64,000 bases of DNA from NCBI GenBank assembly GCA_963721305.1, contig CAVRIR010000003.1, forward strand, positions 926,511 through 990,510, read 5' to 3'. The stretch comes from an uncultured Acidimicrobiia bacterium. Lineage in GTDB: Bacteria; Actinomycetota; Acidimicrobiia; Acidimicrobiales; JACDCH01. The translations under genes were made by a program, and so were the position numbers. Position 1 is the first letter of the stretch. Each line of letters begins with the position of its first letter. A model generated the notes under the pieces. That model saw nothing but the letters and a program-made list of their open reading frames with translations, was not told where the DNA came from and did not search any database. Shown here piece by piece: positions 57,293 through 64,000 of this stretch.

Positions 57293-57610
57293 ATGGTCCG
57301 CCTCGTCACGGCGGCCAACGCCGTCGAAGCCAGGATCATCGCTGCTCGCCTGGGTGCCGAAGGCATCGTGTGGCAGTTCCGGGGATCAGTCGACGGACCG
57401 CTCGCGCTCGGCCCGGTCGAAGTGCTGGTCGACGCGGATGGCTATGACGACGCTCGTGAGCTCCTGCTCACGGATGACATCGAGTCTTCGTTCCACGAGT
57501 CCAGGGCGGTTGTCCCGGCTCGCACCACCGGGCGCGACGTCTTCTGGGTCGCGTTGGTCGTGGCCCTGCTGATCCTCTTCGCGTTCGCGCGGATCGCGGC
57601 GCGGGTCTAG
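57293..57610 (+). CDS. hypothetical protein, DUF2007-like N-terminal domain plus C-terminal TM helix
   Basis: In frame in ORF 57074..57610 from ATG 57293 (MVRLVTAANAVEARIIAARLGAEGI...). GTG 57278 is an alternative start. Confidence 0.5.
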   Translation: MVRLVTAANAVEARIIAARLGAEGIVWQFRGSVDGPLALGPVEVLVDADGYDDARELLLTDDIESSFHESRAVVPARTTGRDVFWVALVVALLILFAFARIAARV

Positions 57611-58353
57611 GAGTCGTTCGCCGGTTCGTCGGGGACGGCGTCGTCTGCCAGCGTGCCGCCGATCGCTTCCGGGACGAGTTGCAGCAGCGGGTCACCTTCG
57701 ACGCGGTGGAACGCCCGCCGGCCGTTCCTGCGGCGCAGCACCGCCACCTCGAGATCGTCGGCCGTGAGCGAACGCTCTGGACCAGCCAGCGCGGACACGG
57801 CGATGGGAAGGCCATCGACCAACGTCAGGTCTTCCTGCCACGCCGACTCGATCCGTTGCGTGATCTCTTCGGCCTCACCACCGAGCACGCTGAACCGCTG
57901 CTCGTCCATGACCGTGCCGTCGTAGAGGATGTGGAAGAGCTGGTCGGTGCGGTGCGAATCGTCAGGATCGCCGACCTCCGCGACGAGGATCTCGACCTCG
58001 AGCGGCTTGATCTCGTGCGTGAACACCTGGTTGAGGATCTGCGCGTACGCGTTGGCGAGACTGCGCGCGTCGACGTCCTCACGACTGAACGAGTAGCCCT
58101 TGAGGTCGGCGTGGCGGACGCCGGCGATCCGCAGTTGGTCGAACTCGCTGTAGCGACCGACACCCGCGAACGCGATGCGGTCGTAGATCTCACTGATCTT
58201 GCGAAGGGTGTTGGACGGGTTCTCCGCACAGATGAGGATGCCCTCGTCGTAGCGGAGCGCGATCAGGGCCCGACCACGGGCAATGCCCTTACGGGCGTAG
58301 TCGGCTCGATCCTTCATCACCTGTTCGGGCGCGACGTAGAACGGCATGGACAT
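57607..58353 (-). CDS. prcA: proteasome subunit alpha
   Basis: In frame in ORF 57607..59256 from ATG 58353 (MSMPFYVAPEQVMKDRADYARKGIARGR...). Confidence 0.9.
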   Translation of the reverse strand: MSMPFYVAPEQVMKDRADYARKGIARGRALIALRYDEGILICAENPSNTLRKISEIYDRIAFAGVGRYSEFDQLRIAGVRHADLKGYSFSREDVDARSLANAYAQILNQVFTHEIKPLEVEILVAEVGDPDDSHRTDQLFHILYDGTVMDEQRFSVLGGEAEEITQRIESAWQEDLTLVDGLPIAVSALAGPERSLTADDLEVAVLRRRNGRRAFHRVEGDPLLQLVPEAIGGTLADDAVPDEPANDS

Positions 58354-59204
58354 CAGCGAGCGCCCCCTTTGCCCATCCCCGGCATGGTGGGCGTCGCCCC
58401 GACGGTCGCCGTGCTCTCGGGCGTGGACAGCCGGTCGACGAGGACGCGGAACCGGTTCGCCACCTCGTCTTCTTCGACCTTGACGAACCCGTCGGCCGTG
58501 ATCGTCGCCATCGTCGGGTAGATGCCGCGCACGAGGTCGGGGCCACCGGTCGCGGAGTCCTCGTCGGCCGCTTGGAACAGCGCGGAGATGACGAGATCGA
58601 CTGCGTCGAGGCGGGTCAGGTCCTCGCGGTAGCCGAGCTTCACGACCGTGCCGGCATGGAGGCTGCCGGAACCGGTGGAGGCGAAGTTGTGCTCCTCGTA
58701 CCGTCCGCCGGTCACGTCGTACTGGAACAGACGGCCTTGGCGGCGGCGGACGTCGTAGCCGGCGAACAGCGGGACGACGACGAGGCCCTGCATCGCGGCC
58801 GGAAGGTGCTGGCGCACCATGGACGAGAGCTGGTTGGCCTTTCCGTCGAGGCTCAACTCGGTTCCTTCGACCTTCTCGTAGTGCTCGAGCTGGAGCTGGA
58901 AGAGCTTCACCATCTCCATCGCCGGTCCGGCAGCACCTGCGATCGCGACCCCGCTGTGACGATCGGCGGGATACACCTTCTCCATCGTGCGATGGCTGAT
59001 GAGATTGCCGCTCGTGGCGCGGCGGTCGCCGGACATGACCACACCGTCGGCGTAGCGAACCGCGACCACGGTCGTGCCGTGCGTGATCGTGATTCGATCG
59101 TCGAGCTGCGACTGCGGGGGCGGCGGGACCTTGCCGGTTCGCCGCAACAGCTCGGCGAAGCTCGGGCCGGGGTCGTCCGCCGGCGAGAAGAGAGGGAGGC
59201 TCAT
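58353..59204 (-). CDS. prcB: proteasome subunit beta (with propeptide)
   Basis: ORF 58353..59204. The propeptide is followed by the THGTTVVA active-site Thr. Confidence 0.9.
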   Translation of the reverse strand: MSLPLFSPADDPGPSFAELLRRTGKVPPPPQSQLDDRITITHGTTVVAVRYADGVVMSGDRRATSGNLISHRTMEKVYPADRHSGVAIAGAAGPAMEMVKLFQLQLEHYEKVEGTELSLDGKANQLSSMVRQHLPAAMQGLVVVPLFAGYDVRRRQGRLFQYDVTGGRYEEHNFASTGSGSLHAGTVVKLGYREDLTRLDAVDLVISALFQAADEDSATGGPDLVRGIYPTMATITADGFVKVEEDEVANRFRVLVDRLSTPESTATVGATPTMPGMGKGGAR

Positions 59205-59336
59205 CGGCCGCGGAGGCTATCGGGTGCAGCCGCGAACCCCCGGCGCCGCCGCCCACAACGCGAAGTCCGGGTTTGATCCCGGCGGTACAGCACCCGAATC
59301 AACCCGGGGTTCGTATGAGGTTCCACAGTCGCCGGG

Positions 59337-59531
59337 TTACTGGCCGCCCTTTTGGACGTAGGACTTCACGAACTCCTCGGCGTTGACCTCGAGCACTTCG
59401 TCGATCTCGTCGAGCAGATCGTCCAGCTCCGCCTTGATCTTCTCGCCGGTCTCCGACTTCGCGGGGGCGTCTTCGACGACCTCGTCCTGCTTCGCCGGCG
59501 CCGGCTTCCTCTTCTGTTCTCGCTCTGCCAT
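59337..59531 (-). CDS. pup: prokaryotic ubiquitin-like protein Pup
   Basis: ORF 59337..59531, 64 aa, acidic, ending ...FVKSYVQKGGQ. Confidence 0.95.
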   Translation of the reverse strand: MAEREQKRKPAPAKQDEVVEDAPAKSETGEKIKAELDDLLDEIDEVLEVNAEEFVKSYVQKGGQ

Positions 59532-59553
59532 GAGGATCAGCTCACTTCAATCG

Positions 59554-61071
59554 CTACGTTCCAAGCCGCTCGAGCAACTCGGCGGCACTGGAAGACTCGT
59601 CGATCAAGCTACCCACGTGGGCCTTCGTTCCTCGCATCGGTTCCATCATCGGCACGCGCCGCAGTGGGTCGCCGCCGATGTCGAAGACCAGCGAATCCCA
59701 GTTGGCGGCCACGATGGCGTCGCCCCACCGCTGCAGGCACTTGCCGCGGAAGTACGCACGGGTGTCGGGCGGCGGCTCGACGGTCGCGAACTCGATCTCA
59801 CGGTCGGTCGTGATGCGCTCGAGCCCGACGCGGGCGGCGAGGCCCTTGTCCGCCCGCAGGTCGTGGTACTGGATGTCCATCGCGGCCAGGCGGGCGTCGT
59901 CCCACTCGAGCCCGTGGCGCTCGCGATACCCGTCGATCAAGCGATGCTTCGCCACCCAGTCGACCTGATCGGCCAACGATGACGGATCGGTCTCGAGCGC
60001 GGTCAGCACGGCTTCCCAGCGGCGCACGACCTCCGCGCCGATCTCCTCGCCCCCGACCGACTCGAACCCCTGCACCTCGCCGAACTTCTTCGCCCGGTCG
60101 AGCAGCTCCCATTGCACCTCGAGCGCAGTCACCGTGGAGCCGTCGGCGAGCTCGAGTGGACGGCGCAAGCTCAGGTCGTACGACACACGACGCAAGGTCT
60201 GGACGGGAGCAGCGAACGTGAAATCGCGCGGCAACAGGTCGTCTTCGATCATCGACAGCACCAGCGCTGTCGTTCCGACCTTCAGGAAGGTCGAGACCTC
60301 GGCAAGGTTCGCGTCACCGACGATGACATGCAGCCTGCGGTACTTCTGTGCGTCCGCGTGCGGCTCGTCGCGCGTGTTGACGATGGGGCGCTTCAAGGTT
60401 GTCTCGAGCCCGACCTCCTCCTCGAAGAAGTCGGCGCGCTGGCTCAGTTGGAACGGCACTTCCTCGACGGGAACGCCGCTCGCCTCCGAACCGACTTTGC
60501 CCGCGCCGCAGAAGATCTGCCGCGTGATGAAGTGCGGCATCGCGTGCATGACGATGCGGCCGAACGGAACCGTACGGTCCATCAGGTAGTTCTCGTGGCA
60601 GCCGTAGCTGTTGCCCTTGCGGTCGGAGTTGTTCTTGTAGACGACAATCTCCTGGCCCGGAGGCAGCGTTCGATTCGCGGCCGCCATCGACCGGCGCAGG
60701 ATCGCCTCCGCGGCGCGGTCGTACACGACCACCGTGCGCGGATCGGCGCACTCGGGCGTCGACAGCTCGGGATGCGCGTGGTCGACGTAGTAGCGCGCCC
60801 CGTTGGTGAGCACCGCGTTGACCAAGTGGGTTTCGATCTCGGGCGCCATCGTGCCTTCGGGCGCGAACCCGCGCGCGTCGTTGCCGGGTGACTCGTCCTC
60901 GAAGTCCCAACCGATCTTCGGTGTCGCGCCGGCCGACGCCGCCCCGCGGGCGATGTCGTTCACATACGCATTGATGAGGACGCTCGACGCCGCGATCGGG
61001 TTCGAGTCCGCTGCGCCTCGGATCAAGATGCCGTACTCGGTCTCGACCCCGAGAACCTTCCTCAGTGCCAC
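59554..61071 (-). CDS. dop: Pup deamidase/depupylase Dop
   Basis: ORF 59554..61071. A PafA paralog (LGVETEYG...YVDHAHPELSTPEC) located next to pup. Confidence 0.95.
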   Translation of the reverse strand: MALRKVLGVETEYGILIRGAADSNPIAASSVLINAYVNDIARGAASAGATPKIGWDFEDESPGNDARGFAPEGTMAPEIETHLVNAVLTNGARYYVDHAHPELSTPECADPRTVVVYDRAAEAILRRSMAAANRTLPPGQEIVVYKNNSDRKGNSYGCHENYLMDRTVPFGRIVMHAMPHFITRQIFCGAGKVGSEASGVPVEEVPFQLSQRADFFEEEVGLETTLKRPIVNTRDEPHADAQKYRRLHVIVGDANLAEVSTFLKVGTTALVLSMIEDDLLPRDFTFAAPVQTLRRVSYDLSLRRPLELADGSTVTALEVQWELLDRAKKFGEVQGFESVGGEEIGAEVVRRWEAVLTALETDPSSLADQVDWVAKHRLIDGYRERHGLEWDDARLAAMDIQYHDLRADKGLAARVGLERITTDREIEFATVEPPPDTRAYFRGKCLQRWGDAIVAANWDSLVFDIGGDPLRRVPMMEPMRGTKAHVGSLIDESSSAAELLERLGT

Positions 61072-61140
61072 AGGGCGACGTTACCGGCTCGGTGGCGGAG
61101 CCGGCATGGAGCCCAGCGCGATTCTCCGGACGCCCGCGAC

Positions 61141-62919
61141 CTAGAGGTACTGGCCGGTCGCGACACGTTCGATGGCGCGCCCGCCTGTGGTGGCTTCGTC
61201 GTCGTCCTTCTTGATGAGCGTGCGCACGTACACGATGCGCTCGCCCTTCTTGCCCGAGATCTTCGCCCAGTCGTCCGGATTCGTCGTGTTGGGCAGGTCT
61301 TCGTGTTCCTTGAACTCCTGCGCGATCGACGCGACGAGGTCGTCCGTGCCGATCCCGGACTTGTCGCCGGCGATCTGGCGTTTGATCGCCAACTTCTTCG
61401 CGCGGCGGACGATGTTCTCGATCATGGCGCCGGACGAGAAGTCCTTGAAGAACATCACTTCCTTGTCACCGTTCTGGTACGTGACTTCGAGGAAGCGATT
61501 GCGATCGGTCGTTGCGTACATCTCGTCGACCGTGCGCTCGATCATCGCCTGCACGGCCTTCTCGGGATCACCGCCGCCCGAGTCGCGCACGGTGTCGCTG
61601 TCGAGCGGGAGATCGGACGTGAGATAGCGGGAGAAGATCTGGGCGGCGGATCGTTCATCGGGACGCTCGATCTTGATCTTCACGTCGAGGCGTCCGGGTC
61701 GGAGGATCGCGGGGTCGATCAGGTCTTCACGGTTGGAGGCGCCGATGACGATCACGTTCTTCAGCGTCTCGACGCCGTCGATCTCGGCGAGGAGCTGCGG
61801 CACGATCGTCGACTCCATGTCGGAGCTGATGCCGGAGCCGCGCGTGCGGAACATCGAATCCATCTCGTCGAAGAACACGATGACCGGCCAGCCCTCTTCG
61901 GACTTCTCTCGCGCTCGTTGGAACACCAGGCGGATCTGGCGCTCGGTCTCGCCGACGTACTTGTTGAGCAGCTCGGGGCCCTTGATGTTGAGGAAGTAGC
62001 TGCGCGCTTCCTTGTCGCCCGACGTTTCCGCAACCTTCTTCGCCAGCGAGTTCGCGACCGCCTTCGCGATCAACGTCTTGCCGCATCCCGGCGGGCCGTA
62101 CAGCAGGATGCCCTTCGGCGCGGGCAGGCGGTACTCCGCGAACAGCTCTTGGTGCAGGAAGGGCAGCTCGACCGCGTCGGCGATCTGCTCGATCTGGCTG
62201 TCGAGACCACCGACGTCGTCGTAGGAGATGTCGGGCACCTCTTCGAGCACGAGCTCCTCGACTTCTGGTCGAGGGAGCCGCTCGAGCAACAAGCCGGACC
62301 GAGTGTCCATCAACAACATGTCGCCGGCTCGGATCTTCTGACCGATGAGCGCGTCCGCCAGCTCGGCGACCCGCTCTTCGTCGGCGCGCCCGACGATCAG
62401 CGCGCGCGCACCGTCGTCGAGCACTTCCTTCAGCGTCACCACTTCGCCGGTCAGCTCACCCGAACGCGCCAGGACGACGTTCAACGATTCGTTGAGCACG
62501 ACTTCGGCGCCGCGCGTCAGGTCCTCTTCTTCGAGCTCGGGATGCAGCGCGACGCGCATCTTGCGTCCGCCGGAGAACACGTCGACCGTTCCGTCGTCGT
62601 TGCGGCCGAGGTACGTGCCGTACGCCGATGGCGGCCGCGTGAGCTTGTCGACTTCCTCGCGCAGCGCGGCGATGTGCTCGCGCGCCTCACGCAGCGTGTA
62701 GGTCAGCTTCTCGTTCTGCGACACCGCCTGCGCGAGCTGTCCCTTGGTCTCGAGCAGGCGCTCTTCGAGCGTGCGCACCCGCTTGGGCGCGTCCTGCAGC
62801 CGCCGCCGGAGGGAGATGACCTCCTCTTCGAGCGCCTTCGACTGCTCACGGAGCTGGGCCATCTCGGACTCGTAGGCGCCGAGCCGCCGCTCGTACTCAG
62901 GGTCGTTGACGGGGACCAC
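61141..62919 (-). CDS. arc: proteasome-associated AAA ATPase (ARC/Mpa)
   Basis: ORF 61141..63018. Coiled coil, OB domains, Walker A GPPGCGKT, and a C-terminal ...GQYL proteasome-docking motif. The start is uncertain: GTG 62919 or ATG 62862. Confidence 0.9.
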   Translation of the reverse strand: MVPVNDPEYERRLGAYESEMAQLREQSKALEEEVISLRRRLQDAPKRVRTLEERLLETKGQLAQAVSQNEKLTYTLREAREHIAALREEVDKLTRPPSAYGTYLGRNDDGTVDVFSGGRKMRVALHPELEEEDLTRGAEVVLNESLNVVLARSGELTGEVVTLKEVLDDGARALIVGRADEERVAELADALIGQKIRAGDMLLMDTRSGLLLERLPRPEVEELVLEEVPDISYDDVGGLDSQIEQIADAVELPFLHQELFAEYRLPAPKGILLYGPPGCGKTLIAKAVANSLAKKVAETSGDKEARSYFLNIKGPELLNKYVGETERQIRLVFQRAREKSEEGWPVIVFFDEMDSMFRTRGSGISSDMESTIVPQLLAEIDGVETLKNVIVIGASNREDLIDPAILRPGRLDVKIKIERPDERSAAQIFSRYLTSDLPLDSDTVRDSGGGDPEKAVQAMIERTVDEMYATTDRNRFLEVTYQNGDKEVMFFKDFSSGAMIENIVRRAKKLAIKRQIAGDKSGIGTDDLVASIAQEFKEHEDLPNTTNPDDWAKISGKKGERIVYVRTLIKKDDDEATTGGRAIERVATGQYL

Positions 62920-63157
62920 CTCCCATGCATCGAGGTCGAGGCGACGATACACCGCACCCTCCGGAAACCGATGACTCTTGTGATCGGCGCCGCACTGTGG
63001 CGCGCGCCACAGTTCCACCGGCCCTTTCCGTGTTTATTGGCTCGGGGCGTTAGAGTGTCCAGGTACCGCGGCGGTAAGGTCCGCCGGCCGCCAACCGATC
63101 GTTACTCGGATCGCAACACACTCGACACGGCAGTCACCAGGAGAGGAATCCCCCGAC

Positions 63158-63406
63158 ATGAAGGTCTGGATCGACCAGGATCTCTGCACCGGCGACGGTC
63201 TCTGCGAAGAGATCGCTCCGGACGTCTTCACCCTCCTCGACGACGGCCTCGCGTACGTGAAGGAAGGCGACAAGGTCTTCGCCACCGCCAAGGGCAACTC
63301 CCAGGGCGCAGACGGGCTCGCCAACGTCCCCGCGGGACAGGAAGAAGCCGTCATCGAATCCGCCGAGGAGTGCCCCGGCGAGTGCATCTTCATCGAAGTC
63401 GACTGA
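63158..63406 (+). CDS. ferredoxin (single-cluster, 3Fe-4S/4Fe-4S type)
   Basis: ORF 63158..63406. Contains C..DG.C ... CP motifs. AGGAGAGG lies upstream of the ATG. Confidence 0.85.
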   Translation: MKVWIDQDLCTGDGLCEEIAPDVFTLLDDGLAYVKEGDKVFATAKGNSQGADGLANVPAGQEEAVIESAEECPGECIFIEVD

Positions 63407-63414
63407 TCCCGACC

Positions 63415-64000
63415 TCAGCCGACGCAGGGGCCGGTGGTGACCTGCTTCGTCAGGTCGCCGGCCAGCACTGATCGCAGTTCGTCGAGGGTGAGCGCATAAC
63501 CGACATGCGGCTGATCCGGTGCGATCGCGAAAGCCACGCCCTCGACCTTGCCGGAGGGATCGATCAGGGCGCCGCCCGAGTCGCCGGGCGCGAGATCCGA
63601 GCTCAGGACGAAGACGTGCCGCGTCGTGCGGTGCTGGTCGTAGATGTCGAAGCCACGGGCGTCGACCGACTGCGCGATCTCGAACGGGCTGAGCTTCAAA
63701 GGGCCACCGAGCGGATGCCCGAACACCGCGCCGACGCCCCCCTCCCCGAACGCCCCATCTCCCAACGCGAGCGCGGGGCGGTTGATGCCCGGAACATGGA
63801 GGATCGCCACATCGCGCTCGGGATCGAACGCGACCACGGTCGCGTCGAGCTCCTTGTTGTCGTCGTCGCGGATGACCGTGGGCGCATCCGTCCCGGCGAC
63901 GACGTGCGCGTTCGTCGCGACCAGATCAGGCCCGACCACCGAGCCGCTCCCCTCTTGGATCCTCGAGCAGGCTGGTGCCTCGACCTGGACGGTCGACCGC
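63415..64000 (-). CDS. trypsin-like (S1C, MarP-like) serine protease, C-terminal part; 5' end beyond the window
   Basis: ORF 63415..63939 continues in frame to the window edge (...GSGSVVGPDLVATNAHVVAG). Catalytic His, Asp (ERDVAIL) and Ser (GDSGGAL) are present. Confidence 0.75.
   Translation of the reverse strand, partial: RSTVQVEAPACSRIQEGSGSVVGPDLVATNAHVVAGTDAPTVIRDDDNKELDATVVAFDPERDVAILHVPGINRPALALGDGAFGEGGVGAVFGHPLGGPLKLSPFEIAQSVDARGFDIYDQHRTTRHVFVLSSDLAPGDSGGALIDPSGKVEGVAFAIAPDQPHVGYALTLDELRSVLAGDLTKQVTTGPCVG

Noticed and set aside
59205-59336. The 132-nt pup-prcB spacer with short hairpins, considered as a possible attenuator.
   Set aside because: Only 5-bp stems are present, with no conserved motif. 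It is mentioned only as part of the locus description.
63019-63157. Promoter-like hexamers (TGTTTA ... TAGAGT) in the arc/ferredoxin divergent region.
   Set aside because: Spacing (14 nt) and match quality are poor, so a promoter call cannot be supported from sequence alone.
1-64000. Search for tRNA/rRNA genes, transposases, integrases, toxin-antitoxin pairs, restriction-modification or other defence systems, and prophage genes.
   Set aside because: None of the ORF translations or intergenic regions showed the corresponding signatures. The window appears to be core chromosome apart from the membrane-protein gene at 4657..6438.

Overview
High-GC (about 70%) actinobacterial chromosomal segment, densely coding and mostly on the minus strand. 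Gene order parallels two conserved Mycobacterium-type neighbourhoods (my recollection, not a search). The first is ruvCAB-queA-tgt-yajC, yebC-pdxT/pdxS, pgsA-PIM acyltransferase-pimA and thrS-HIT. The second is mpa(arc)-dop-pup-prcB-prcA-pafA-pafB-pafC-tatA-tatC-helY. Other content: a TPP-riboswitch-controlled thiamine salvage/import operon, mshC, an F420 reductase, fabI/inhA, an EF-G paralog, a CNNM/CorC pair, LysM/M23/SLT cell-wall hydrolases, a long tandem-type ThyX, and LemA plus an M48 protease. I saw no rRNA, tRNA, CRISPR array, transposase, integrase, phage or recognisable defence genes. Points worth a second look: (1) a 51-nt palindromic REP-like element in four near-identical intergenic copies, two of which provide the stop codon and an identical tail for unrelated genes. 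(2) At least 13 single-base frameshifts in otherwise well-conserved genes; seven lie within 2.4 kb and five are in pimA alone, and most hit phospholipid/PIM genes. This is either pseudogenisation or local assembly error. (3) A small ORF with 27-bp tandem repeats encoding serine at every third residue. (4) A 107-bp composite palindrome between two operon genes. (5) An atypical-composition membrane-protein gene behind a nested palindrome. All protein identities come from reading motifs in the translations; no database search was possible.
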